Below are positions 38,521 through 51,421 of a DNA stretch of 64,000 nt, piece by piece. The notes beneath the pieces are model-generated. The model saw only the letters and a list, made by a program, of their open reading frames with translations. It was not told the DNA's origin and ran no database searches. The stretch's first letter is position 1. Each line of letters begins with the position of its first letter. A program made the translations under genes and the position numbers. The stretch is from Octopus sinensis. Its lineage: Eukaryota. Location: assembly GCF_006345805.1 (NCBI RefSeq), contig NC_043002.1:99758001-99822000 (forward strand). Direction: 5' to 3'.

Positions 38521-38889
38521 CCATTTGTTTTATTATATAAGTGTGTGTGTGTGTGTGCGTGTGTGTGTGCGTGCGTGTGAGAGGGAGCATAATTTTGCTA
38601 TATCGTGTTTATCTTTGTGCATTTTTGAGCAATTAAATGCATTATTGGTTTTGTTTCTCAAATTTTTCAACCCAAAAGGGAAATCCCAAAATAGAAATAT
38701 CTGGATGTGAGGTGCTTAATCGTGTGAAATGGTTTTCGCAATCGCAGAGAAGTGATGTTACATTTTGTCTCAATTCATTTTAACCCCTCTGTTCATAAAT
38801 TAGCATATCAACCATTGCTTTAGGTTTCAAAGATTGCGTTTATGTAGATATTACGTTAAAATCAGGAACTTACGAGTGACAAGTATATC

Positions 38890-39122
38890 GATTTCTTTAT
38901 TACCCACAAGGGGCTAAACATAGAGAGGACAAACATGGACATACATAGGTATTAAGTCGATTATATCGACCCCAGTGCTTAACTGGTACTTAATTTATCG
39001 ACCCCGAAAGGATGAAAGGCAAAGTCGACCACGGCGGAATTTGAACTCACAACGTAACGGCAGCCGAAATACCGCTAAGCATTTCGCCCGACGTGCTAAC
39101 GATTCTGCCAGCTCGCCGCCTT
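38890..39122 (-). mobile_element. SINE family B monomer with 13-bp TSD
   Basis: Full head and core; TGACAAGTATATC at 38877-38889, 39123-39135 and 39141-39153. Confidence 0.92.
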
Positions 39123-39154
39123 TGACAAGTATATCACGGGTGACAAGTATATCA

Positions 39155-39290
39155 CGTGGTTATGTGGCAAGAAGATTGCTTTCTAATCACATGGTTTCAG
39201 ATGCAATCCTACTGTGTGACACCTTGGGCAAGTGTCTTCTGCTATAGCCAGTCACCAACTAAAGTCTTCTGATTGGAGTTGGTAGACGTG
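39155..39290 (+). mobile_element. SINE family A head, partial
   Basis: GTGGCAAGAAGATTGCTTTCTAATCACATGGTTTCAG...ACCTTGGGCAAGTGTCTTCTGCTATAGCC. Confidence 0.7.
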
Positions 39291-39679
39291 TGTGTATTGA
39301 AGGTGACATGGAAAAGTGTACTTGGTCGTCCGATCTACTGGAAATATTAGCTAAACAACCTTCAGATTATATTACAGTACCTTAGAATGATAGTCCTAGT
39401 TACCCAAAAAGAGTTATATGATCAAGCCTAGAATATTTTTGAATATAGATCAACTTAATTAGTTGTAAGCCGTGGCCAATAGCAGCAATAACAAAAGTCT
39501 TTTAAACCTCAGTAGTTTTAAGTATTTAACACACCATGGATTAGCCCATATTTTCTTAACTGCATCGTTTAGTATTTTTGTCATTTTTTAACCTCTTGCT
39601 CTTAACTAGTAAACCGTGTGAAAGTAAAATTTCATAAACTTCAATGTTACATCCTGACCAATGTCACTCACCATCCAGA

Positions 39680-39883
39680 AATTGTTTCTACACTAGGCAC
39701 AAGGCCCGAAATTTTTTGAGGAAGGAGCCAGTCGATTAGATCGACCCCAGTATGCAACTGGTACTTAATTTATCGACTCCCGAAAGGATCAAAGGCAAAG
39801 TCGACCTCGGCACTATTTGAACTCAGAACGTAAAGACAGACAAAATACCGCTAAGATTTCGCCCAGCATGCCAGCTCGCCGCC
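39680..39883 (-). mobile_element. SINE family B with the alternative 3' tail
   Basis: Family B core plus tail AATTTCGGGCCTTGTGCCTAGTGTAGAAACAATT; imperfect flanking duplication ACTC.CCATC.AGAA. Confidence 0.85.
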
Positions 39884-40285
39884 TTACTCGCCATCTAGAA
39901 TTGTAATAATGACAGTGGGGTAACATAAAATGCGTAAAATGTGAAGATGGGAAAGGGTCTATAATGAAATCCTTCCGCACAAATGAACGTAAATAACATT
40001 TCCTCTCAAAATTTGTTTAGATTTGTATAACTAGAAACACTTTTCAGTCTTGTAAACATCGCGCGGCAAATTTCAACAGAAGGCAGTAAATATTTACAAG
40101 CATAAAATTAATTAAAACATGATCTTTTAAGAAAACTAACAAAGTTTTATTGTAATATTTTGTCTGAAACAAACATTAAACTCAAATTCTAGTATCAGTT
40201 GACTTTTAATGATTGATATTACAACAGCTTAAAATTACTGCTGATATATCATTGAATCTGTCAACTACATCTACGTGCAGACACA

Positions 40286-40548
40286 CTAATATACATACGT
40301 ACGTACGTACGTACATACATACATACATACATACATGCATACATGCATGCATACATACATACATACAACATACATACATACATACATACATACTACATAC
40401 ATACATACATACATACATACATACATACAACATACATACATACATACATACATACATACATAATACATACATACATACACATACATACATACATACATAC
40501 ATACATACATACATACATTACATACATACATACATACATACATACATG
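40286..40548. repeat. (TACA)n microsatellite
   Basis: Directly visible. Confidence 0.95.
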
Positions 40549-40621
40549 TGAATGTTTGTGTGAGCGTAAGACGAAGCTGCATTTTCTAGTGGTTACAGTA
40601 ATCGAATATTCAGTTGGAAAT

Positions 40622-40850
40622 ATATTTCTTTATTGCCCACAAGGGGCTAAACATAGAGAGGACAAACAAGGACAGACAAAGGGATAAAGTCGATTACATC
40701 TACCCAAGTGAGTAACTGGTACTTAATTTATCGACCCCGAAAGGAGGAAAGGCAAAGTCGACCTCGGCGGAATTTGAACTCACAACGTAGCAGCAGACGA
40801 AATACGGCTACGCATTTCGCCCGGCGTGCTAAAGCTTCTGCCAGCTCGCC
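40622..40850 (-). mobile_element. SINE family B monomer
   Basis: Full head, core and tail CCCCTTGTGGGCAATAAAGAAAT. Confidence 0.9.
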
Positions 40851-41075
40851 AGAAACCAGCTGACTACTGGAAGCTATTCATTCACCTTGCAACCGCCACC
40901 TCTTTGACGATCTGTTGGGCCAAGACTAGCAGGGCTGTGAAAGAGTCTATATCGATAAAGTACCGACAGTAAATGGAGAAATCGTGATAGAAACAAATAG
41001 GTCATACGCACTTGCAACTAACTTCTAAACAACAAAAAAAAACTATGGTTATAGGTACATAAGTATGCGGGCCTA

Positions 41076-41455
41076 AGTGGAGGCCCAGTGGTTTGGGCAG
41101 CGGACTCGCGGTGGTAGGATCGCGGTTTCGATTCCCAGACCGGGCGTTGTGAGTGTTTATTGAGCGAAAACACCTAAAAGCTCAACGAGGCTCCGACAGG
41201 GGATGGTGGTGATCCCTGCTGTACTCTTTCACCACAACTTTCTCTCACTCTTACTTCCTGTTTCTGTTGTACCTGTATTTCAAAGGGCCGGCCTTGTCAC
41301 TCTCTGTGTCACGCTGAATATCCCCGAGAACTACGTTAAGGGTACACGTGTCTGTGGAGTGCTCAGCCACTTACACGTTAATTTCACGAGCAGGCTGTTC
41401 CGTTGATCGAATCAACCAGAACCCTCGTCGTCGTAAACGACGGAGTGCTTCCCAC
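41076..41455 (+). mobile_element. SINE family C, full length, 11-bp TSD
   Basis: Aligns end to end with 33383-33774; ATGCGGGCCTA at 41065-41075 and 41456-41466. Confidence 0.92.
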
Positions 41456-41726
41456 ATGCGGGCCTATATAATAGTGCATATACACATTTATATGTATATG
41501 TGTGCACGCATGTGTATATCTACATAAACATATTTCATTCTCTCATTCATCAGTCCCCCACTATCATCTTAGCTAGTACAATCAATACCTCCGTCTATTG
41601 TTTGAAACTTGACCATTATACCTTATTATTCTTCCCTCCCTTTTTGAGGTTTACTACTCACATTAGTACAACCCGCCGTGCCATTTCTTTACCTATCTCC
41701 CCACCTTAGATCCTTTCAAACATATC

Positions 41727-41931
41727 TATTTCTTTACTACCCACAAGGGTCTAAACACAAGGACAGACATATTAAGTCGATTACATCGACCCCAGTGCGT
41801 AACTGGTACTTAATTTATCGACCCCGAGAGGCTGAAAGGCAAAGTCGACCTCGGCAGAATTTGAACCCAGAACGTAACATCAGACGAAATACGGCTACGC
41901 GTTTCGCCCGGCGTGCTAACGATTTTGCCAA
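41727..41931 (-). mobile_element. SINE family B monomer, 14-bp TSD
   Basis: CTTTCAAACATATC at 41713-41726 and 41932-41945. Confidence 0.9.
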
Positions 41932-43427
41932 CTTTCAAACATATCACCCACCTCCCAGTTGTCCTCATATTCCGTCCTTACATTTTTATCTCATTCCTTT
42001 TATCCTGATAGCTCTCCTCTCCCATCCCTCTCACATTATCTTGACCACCATCTAGCACTCTTTCGTTCATTTTTCTTCCTCTTTCTTTTTTCTTTATTTC
42101 TTCTTTCCTCCCCCATTTGTTTCGACTAATACTATTCTCCCCCTAACATACACATCTATTCTCTTTTTTATTTCTACTAACCCCTACCAGTACATTCTCA
42201 AAGTTTCATTCACACCACAAGACCCCTTTGAATGAACAGCTCATGGAATTTATGTCTCTACACTAGCCACTCGTAATAACAAACTATGAAGTCCTATCGG
42301 AATTTACATACCATGGACAACAAGCATTTTTACCAATTCTTCACAGCACTTTCCTTCGATAATGGAATTGCAACTGTAACATTCTACATATTTTTTTTTT
42401 AATTTTTATTCGCTTATATCCCTTTATACCTCCTATACCCATCCTTTTCAAAAGGGACTCCTTATATTGAACTCCACTTTTTCCCTCTAGTTAACTCTCT
42501 CATATCGTCTCTAATATCCCAGAAACAGCAGTAAGACTATCTTTCTCTTTATAAATGTCCTAGAATTTTTACACTGCCTTGGCTTTGTTGTTATACCTTT
42601 ATTCACCTTTCTCTTTATAAATGTCCTATAAATTCCACATAACCTTGTTTTTTTCCCTCCTATTTTATTTAACAAACAACATACACACACACACACATAT
42701 CTATGAAGAGAGAGAGAGAGAGAGAGAGAGAGATGGTGAGAGAGAAAGGGAGAGAGATTGACAAATAGATATTGTATATACACGCATAAATATGTGTGCA
42801 TATATATATATATGAGTGAGTGAGTGAGTCAAAGTGCAGATTCATATACAAGGAGTCCATCAACCAATTAAAGTTCTCAAAGAATTTATCAGCTTATTAG
42901 GTTTCTTTATAAGGACATTTTGTAACAGTTGAATTTCAAATAAGATGCCAAATTAGTTCGTTGGAAATGGCAGTTGTTGTTTACAAGTGTTTGGGAAAAT
43001 AATGAGAGGAAGAATAAATAAGCCAGATAAATGAGTTGATAGATAGATAGAGAGAGAGAGATTTATCGGTGTCAAATTTAATCATTTTAGATATGTGTAA
43101 AGGAAAATGAAGAACTTAGAAATGTAGAAGACGGATTGTATTAAGAAAAATGAGGAAAAGAGAACAAATTTCTAGCGAAAGAAAGAGATAAACGAGCACT
43201 TGGAGTATGAAGGAACTAACCTGATAGATAATTTATCAATGAATACAAGAAAAAATAAAATTTCGTTAACTTCGGCAACAGTAAAAACGAAGTTGATTTT
43301 TACATTTTAGCAAAAGATCTGAAATAAAAGATGAGTTACCTATTTTAAGCTTGTCGTTAAAATAACTTGGTATAGACATGTTTGAAAAGAGATTTCAGAA
43401 AATACTGTTTATAATAACAATAATACT

Positions 43428-43899
43428 CATAATTCTTTCTACTATAGACAAAAGGCTTGAAATTATGTGGGGAGGGAGTACCTATTTCTTTACTACCCAC
43501 AAGGGGCTAAACACAGAGAGGACAAAGAAAGACAGACAAACGGATTAAGTCGATTATATTAACCCCAGTGCGTAACTGATACTTATTTAATCGACACAGA
43601 AAGGATGAAAGGCAAAGTCGACCTCGGCGGAATTTGAACTCAGAACGTAGCGGCAGACGAAATACCTATTTCTTTACTACCCACAAGGGGCTACACACAG
43701 AGATGAGACAAACAAGGACATACAGACGGATTAAGTTGATTATATCGACCCCAGTGCGTAACTGGTACTTAATTTATCGACCCCGAAAGGGTGAAAGGCA
43801 AAGGCGACCTCAGCTGAATTTGAACTCGGAACATAACAGCAGACGAAATACGGCTACGCATTTCGCTCGGCGTGCTAACGATTCTGCCAGCTCGTCGCC
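43428..43899 (-). mobile_element. SINE family B dimer followed by the alternative tail
   Basis: Two cores; the dimer junction is identical to 37201-37239; possible TSD AATAATACT at 43419-43427 and 43907-43915. Confidence 0.88.
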
Positions 43900-44459
43900 T
43901 TTTAAAAATAATACTAATTATAATAAAGGACTTATATACAGGGTTTCACAGATCTGGGAAAATAAATTAACATATAAATAAATTATATTGTAACTCGAAA
44001 TAGAAAAGGCTATTATTTTACAAAAGCGATTCGTAATTGAAAGAAAGAATAGAAGCCTAGACAAAGCGTGTTAAGTACAGCTGAATTGAATCAATTATAT
44101 TTCTTTCTTGTTTCTTTTCAAATAAAGAGGGCACTAACCTTTGCCACTCTATCTTATTTCATGTCAAATCGCTATTACGTGTATATTTCTGCATAAATAC
44201 TTCTTAAATAATAGAAAATATTTCAAACACTTCTCTCTTCTCATGAAAATAAAATCCCTCATGCTTAATACTGTATATACAGTTCTTTGTGTATACACTC
44301 GAGCTTGCTTTCCATTGTTCTATTACTTTACTGCCATTCTACAATTACATTAAATATCCAACTACACCTCGTTTAGCCTTTATTTTTACGTGTTTTATGG
44401 TTTCTTACTTTGGAAATATTATTTAACTATACAATCTTACTGTGTAATTCGGCCTTCTC

Positions 44460-44690
44460 TACCACGGTTTTACTATACGAGCTAGCAGAATAGATATGGA
44501 TCGGACCAAAAACCTCAGCGGTATTTCGTCCATCTTTACTTTTTGGGTTAAATTTCCGCTGGCGTCGATTTTGCGCTCCATCGATGAAATAACTACCATT
44601 TGAACACTATCGCTGATACGATCGACTTTACCCTCCCACTAAAACTTCTGGCATTTTTCCTATAGTAGAAAGGAACGATACTATTATAAA
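44460..44690 (+). mobile_element. Degenerate SINE family B relic
   Basis: GAGCTAGCAGAAT...AGCGGTATTTCGTCC...AAATTTCCGCTGGCGTCGATTTTGC. Confidence 0.55.
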
Positions 44691-45145
44691 TTGCATTATC
44701 CGACCATTACTATTATTCTTGATGCCGGTATAAACATATCTCTCTTTCAAATTTTTTCTCGAAGAATAAAAAAAAAAAAAAAAAAAGGAAATCATAAAAG
44801 AAGCGAAGTTATCTCCTCTCCAATTCGCAATCTTTTGAAAACAATCAAAAGCAATCTACATTTTATTTTCTGTTATCTCAAGTAAGGAAAATTTACTTTC
44901 CCTAGTATCCTCTGATAAATAAGCTATGAGATCCTTTTCTTCATATTCAAAGTATTCTTCCCCTCCACTCTCTCACTCTCTCTTTCTCTTCCTCTCTCTC
45001 TCTCTCTCTCTCTCTCTGTCATTCTCACAATTTCTTCCCCATTCTTATTCCACTTTACATTCAAGATACATTTTTTAGTTTTATTTTTCTCTTGTTTCTC
45101 CTTTCTTCATTCTTTACATATAAAGACTAAATTTCACACCGATCA

Positions 45146-45179
<34 letters not shown>

Positions 45180-45234
45180 TCCTCTTTCTCCCTCTGTATA
45201 CATACACACACACACACACACATATATGTATGTA

Positions 45235-45270
<36 letters not shown>

Positions 45271-45617
45271 AATGTGTGTATACTGATTTATCTGTGTGTC
45301 TGTAGGTTATTGTTTTCTGCTTACCTGTAAACACCAAATGTCTTTTCGAACAACTTAATCCGGCGTCTTTATTTGAAATCCAACTTTTACAAAATGCCCT
45401 TATATAGAAACCTAAGAGATGCTCCGCCCTGAATATATGTCATTTTTGAATCTGTCAAAAAACTATATGCCTGCTCGCACGCTCACACGCACTCACGCAA
45501 ACACACACACACACACAAACAAACACGCACACATACGCACACGCATACACACGCTCTCTCTCTCTCTCACACACACATGTACATACGTGCGCGAGCACTC
45601 CCATATATCTGCAGATA

Positions 45618-45664
<47 letters not shown>

Positions 45665-46229
45665 ATACCTATAAGCATACACATATGTTTACATACTTTT
45701 CGTATAAAATTTATATTAATATACAATCATATATGCATGTGTCTATAATTATGTATATATCTATTTGTTATATTTTTGTGTATATAAGATTCACATAATA
45801 GATTGCGAGAAATATAAGTCATTAGTTATCTATTGTGGAACAATGAAGGAGACGACGATTATAGCTGGCCAATTATGAAATGATAAAAGAAACCCGTGGA
45901 TACTTTCGATTGTACCAGTTTGAAGGAGTATCATGCTGCGATTATCGAAATGTTCTCTAACCAAATCCAGCTGCTACATTCTCACTTCTGGGTAGACAGG
46001 TTACTTAATTAGTGTTTTATTATTTGAAATAATTTCCTAATTTAATTATTGAGAGTTTTTTTTTAATGATCATATCTATGTGCTTCTCAGTGCAAGTAGC
46101 TCCAGTCACAGCTGAATCCGCTTTTCTTTTAGGTTTGTTCAATCTGCGTCAACTTGAGGCTAAATATTAATATTAGTGGTATATGCAGTCAGAGAGTTTG
46201 GGATTTGTCTTTCTTATAAAGGTACCATA

Positions 46230-47760
46230 TTATCGGTGAATTGGCGAAGACGCTGGAGCGTCCTATCGAATGCCTCTTGGTAATGTTTTCGACTCTCTGC
46301 CCTTTGTTTAAAATCCTACCAAGATTAACTTCGCTTCTCATTTTCAAGGAGAATATAAGAAAGTAATAACACAATATAGTGTATTGGTGGAATGTATGGA
46401 CGTTTGCATGGATATCTAGCAGTATTTCGTACAGATCTTCGCATTTTGAGTTCAGATCCCATTATAACCTGCTCGGTGTTATAGAGGTCGGAGGTCGTGG
46501 CTTCGCTCCTTGTTAAAGACAGAAATCTAAGCTCGTATAAACAGGGAACCTCAGCTCGTATCGCAGCGACAAATATTATTTGTATGCAAGAGAATGCTAA
46601 TTTAGTTAACAGGTACTTTATCTTGAGGTTTGGTGACAACACGTCTCCTCACATCCCAAAAAGCTTCCTTACGATCCTTGTACAGTATAGGGTGGTAGTT
46701 TGCAGGTCGACAATGCAACGTTCAATTCAAATCTCTTTCAATTTTCTTTTAGGTAGAATTTTGGATGTTGTTCCAAGTGCACTAATTACTACAAGAATAA
46801 TTGTTGTCTTTTTCTTACTGTCTCCCCAGTTCTCTGGCTAGATCCTGATATTTCTCAGATTTTTCAAATTGGTAGCGACTATGTTAGCAGACGGAATTTT
46901 TTAAAATATATAATTTTACACTGTTCTTTTTTTTATTTTGTCCTCTTTAATCATAACCGGTCTTCTTGCTGGCAGAATCATTAGCATGCCAGGCAAAATG
47001 CTTAGCGGCATTTGGTCCGTATTTAGGTTCTGGGTTCAAATTTTCCTGAGGTTAGCTTTGCCTTTCATCTTTTCGGGGTCGGAATATTAAGCACCAGTTA
47101 AGTACTAGGATCGATGTAATTGACTTAACCAACCAAATGTGGGATAAGAAATTTGTCGTTATTGTTGTTTATAGATAGAATTCTTGAGCGTCGGAAAAAT
47201 TCATGAAAACCTACTTTGTTTTTAAATACTGAGTTCAACTGCCCTCTCTTCGTGAGTTCAGCTGTGCCTGTCATCTTTTCGGGATCAATTAAATAAAGTA
47301 GTAGTGAATTACTTTACTAATGTTATCGACTGACACTATTCCCTCTAAAGTGCTGATCTTACGCTGAAATTAGAAGCAGTTATTATTGTAATAGAGGATG
47401 AAAGATTCATTGAATGTAGAAAGCGCCGGAAATTGAGTCGTGTTACTCATTTCGGTTCTTCACATTCTTAGTTTCAAACCCCACCGAGATTTGATTTGCG
47501 TTGCATCATTCTAGAGTCTACAAAATGAAGTACAATTCAAAAACTGGATTTGGTTTAATCAGCCAAACTCTAAAATTAATTGCCTCGTACTTATGTTAGA
47601 TATCATATATTAAAAATTTAGGGACTGGCGGAATCATTTGAGCGTCTGAAAAATTCTTCGAGATATCGGTTTTAAGTTCAGAATCTGTTCCCCTGGGGTC
47701 AAATGTCCAGACTCAAGCCTCTATTTGAATCAACTATTATACATGAAATAAAGCTGAGGA
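46230..47760 (+). mobile_element. Cluster of same-orientation family-B-like SINE relics of different ages
   Basis: Head/B-box-like segments near 46230, 46390, 46960 (best preserved), 47180, 47400 and 47625. Confidence 0.55.
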
Positions 47761-47816
47761 ATGGTTAAAACTAAGTGAATGTATTTGGTGAGATCGTTCA
47801 GGTTCAGCATGGGTCA

Positions 47817-47824
47817 CTACTTCT

Positions 47825-47856
<32 letters not shown>

Positions 47857-48015
47857 TTCTTCTTCTTCTTCTTCTTCTTCTTCTTCTTCTTCTTCTTCTT
47901 TTTCTTCTTTTTCTTCTTTTTCTTCTTCTTTTTCTTTTTCTTTTTCTTCTTCTTCTTCTTCTTCTTCTTCTTCTTCTTCTTTTTCTTCTTCTTTTTCTTC
48001 TTTTTCTTCTTCTTT
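47817..48015. repeat. ~200-bp (TTC)n / (TTTTTC) homopyrimidine array
   Basis: Directly visible; explains the poly-L and poly-F ORFs. Confidence 0.97.
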
Positions 48016-48079
48016 ATTAATAAAACTATACTACTAATACAAATACTAGCACCACCACCTAATAATAATGATGATAATA

Positions 48080-49020
48080 ATTAACATCCAGTCATCAGAG
48101 TTTTCAGGTATGTGTCTAGGCCAATTGTGGCAAACTTCATTGTTAATTCCGGTTGTAAAAGTCCACGACCTCCCTCTTTTCTTGGCAGGTAAAGTCATTC
48201 TATATCTGCCTTAGGGTTGTGCATTCTATGTATTGTCAACAATTTTCGTATTTTTCGGTCAAGATTACATAGCTTCAGTAATAGACCCGTTAATGATATT
48301 GAAACTGTAAATCAGGACTGGTATGGCTAAAGTTTTGATCACTTCTATCCTGTTTCTTGCATTCAGTTCTGTCTTGAGTATTGCTCTCACCCTGCGATAA
48401 CATTCTCTTCTGATCCTTTTCCTCATCACTGAATATTTGATTCCGTTCCATTTAAATACCACTAGGTATTTGTAGCGCTCCACTGGTTCTAATTCCTTTA
48501 TGACATTCTGCTAGTCAAGATTAACGTTGGATATTTCTTTGATAAAGGTAGATTTTGCACATTTATCGAGACCAAATTGCATCCTGATCTCATCCCTGAA
48601 TTGTTTAACAATCGCTAGCTAGCCCTGTAGTTGGTGGTCATTTTTTGCAAAAAGCTTTAAATCATCCCTGTAAATAAGATGATTTATATTTTTATCAAAC
48701 ATTTTATACCCGTATTGTACATCATCGAGCAATTTCGAGAGAGGTATTAAGGCTAGAGAAAAGAGGATATTCTTACATCTCCAACATTAAGAGATTCAAT
48801 GTCACTGTTCAAAGTCAGTGTGTTTCTCCATGATCTCAAACTTACAGACAAGAAGATTCGCAGAGTATGTGCTATTTTATACATTTCTAGATTTTTATTA
48901 ATCCAGCAATGTGGTAGACTCTCAAAAGCTTTTTTATAGTCTATCCAGGCTACTGACAAGTTTTTTGTGTCTTTTTTGACAATCTTCCAGAATCATCGTA
49001 TTGATGACTAGCTTATCATT
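48080..49020 (-). mobile_element. R4/Dong-clade LINE reverse-transcriptase remnant
   Basis: SVAWIDYKKAFESLPH; FSLALIPLSKLL..NHLIYRDDLKLFAK (cf. YMDD); FGLDKCA; RYKYL..RIRRECYRRVRAILKTELNARN..LAIPVL. Same family as 24150-25212. Confidence 0.88.
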
Positions 49021-49086
49021 ATTATGACTATTATTATTATTTGTAGTAGTAGTAGTAGTAGTGGTACTAGTAGCATCAGCAGCAGC

Positions 49087-49123
<37 letters not shown>

Positions 49124-49664
49124 AAATGTACAGCCGCATCATTAGAAGGGATATCGACAATATTATCTACTGATCATCGATGTCTTTCGTCAAATGGCTT
49201 TGATGTATTATTCATTTTCGTAGATTGCTCATAAAGATATCAAAATATAGATGTGCTATCATTTCCTAAATTAATTATGAAAATATTCCCATTGGAGATC
49301 AGCAGATCCAATGTAAAGCTTTTCATGATAGCTTTTTTTCTCTCTCTCTCTCTCACCATCTCTCTCTCAGCCGCTCTCTCGCTCTCTCTCTCCCGTTCTT
49401 CCCTGACTCTCATTTAGCTTCTGCAAAAATGCCTACGGTATTTTGACCATGAAGCAAATTATACATATTCTTTGAAGTAGGAAATCCATCCTCGGGATAG
49501 ATTCATTAATAATATAGTTGTATTTTAAATTTTTCATATATTTATATATCTTTAACAAAGCTTGTACACGTTCAGACACGCTCATGCTTTACGTTTAGAT
49601 TATATATGAATCTTATGTGCTTATTTCTAGCAAGACATTTCAAAATTTGATATTAATTTGCTGA

Positions 49665-49690
49665 TATGTGTGTGTTTGTGGGTGTAGGTG

Positions 49691-49722
<32 letters not shown>

Positions 49723-50040
49723 TATATATACACATATATATATACATATATATACACACACACATATATATACATATATATATATACGCACACACACATA
49801 TATATATACACACACATATATATATACACACATACATATATATATATATACACACACATATATATATACACACATACATATATATATATATACACACATA
49901 TATACACATATGTATATATATATACACATATATATATATACATACATATATACACATATATATATATACACACATATATATATACATACATATATACACA
50001 TATATATATACACACACATATATATATACACATATATATA
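49665..50040. repeat. Compound (TA)n/(CA)n microsatellite
   Basis: Directly visible. Confidence 0.95.
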
Positions 50041-51144
50041 TCAAATGATAGAAAAATTGTAAATGACTTCATGTCTTTATAACTATTTCTCGTAGCGATC
50101 TAGCGTTTGCTGTTGCTATAGTGTATGAAATTTAAGGCTGAGCTTCTGAAGGAAAACGCTAATAGAGTTTGCTATGTGACATTTTCAAAGTCCATTCCAC
50201 AGCATTTTCTCGTGTCTGCTTCTTTCCATATTTTTAATATTGCGAATAGCCTTAATTAAAGCAGACAAATGGAAGGAAAAAAATTATTCTTAAGCATAGT
50301 TACAATAATACCGTTCATTATAATACAGTTAAGATTACTTTTCAGATCTTTCTAATTTTCTTTCATAAAATTTTTGTTTACAATACTTAACCGTGACAGC
50401 ATTATTACTTGAAATGTAGCCGCAGGTCATGGATTTTGTAAAAATCATATTCCATTTGTACCGAGTTTGTGTGATTTTATATCACGCGATGGAAAAAAAA
50501 GCAAATTGTCATATGATATATTTTTACTCAGGGGAGGGAAAATATATCCTAAACTAGATCGAAGAAAAGTGAATACACTACATGATTGATGCTTAGTGAT
50601 GGAAAGCTACACAAATATCACTTTTATAACATGCATACATCAAATATTTATTATAATAACTGACGTATAAATTGCCAAACTCAAACAGCTGAGTCACACA
50701 CATTTATGAAACATATATGTTGATCTATAACCCATTGATTGAATAGAAGAGGATCAAATGAAGAAGCAACCAGAAGTTACATAAAATATAAAGTACGGTA
50801 GAGTTTTCAGAAATTCCGATGCAATAAGAATTTCTTTTAAAGAAATGAAATAAATATGCCCGCATATATTATTTATTTTACACAGATAATACATCTAATT
50901 ATAGCTTTTTCAACATTGACCTTCGTCGGAATATTATGTAGGGAGAATAGGATAGGTGAGGAAATGTAGACCTGAACAATAAAGAAGAATTGAAGAGAAA
51001 ATGCCCACGATAAGCATACTTACTTGCATGTATGTATGTTTGTATGTATGCATATATGTATGCATGCATGCAGGCATATATGTATTTATGTATATACATA
51101 CATATATATTGAGGGAGAGAGATTTGTTCACATAAATGTATACA

Positions 51145-51421
51145 TATGTATGTCTATATATACGTATATATGTATATGTATATATATGTATATGTATATA
51201 TATGTATATGTATATATATATATGTATATATATATATGTATATAATTATGTATATATATATATATGTATATATCTATATATATATATATATATATAATAT
51301 ATATATGTATATGTATATATATGTATATGTATGTATATGTATATGTATATGTATGTGTATATGTATGTATATATATGTATAGGTATATTTATGTATATGT
51401 ATATATATATATGAATATATA
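51145..51421. repeat. (TA)n/(TATG)n microsatellite
   Basis: Directly visible. Confidence 0.95.

Noticed and set aside
37052-43899. Recurring near-identical ~35-nt motifs superficially like CRISPR repeats
   Set aside because: They are SINE core domains with irregular kb-scale spacing in a eukaryotic context; no spacers or cas genes
45325-45411. 87-nt phase 1-1 minus-strand exon candidate (GFYIRAFCKSWISNKDAGLSCSKRHLVFT) that could splice to 23539
   Set aside because: Weak acceptor and no homology; compatibility with the other exon is uninformative because that exon is open in all frames
47775-48084. Poly-Leu and poly-Phe ORFs
   Set aside because: Translation of the (TTC)n tract
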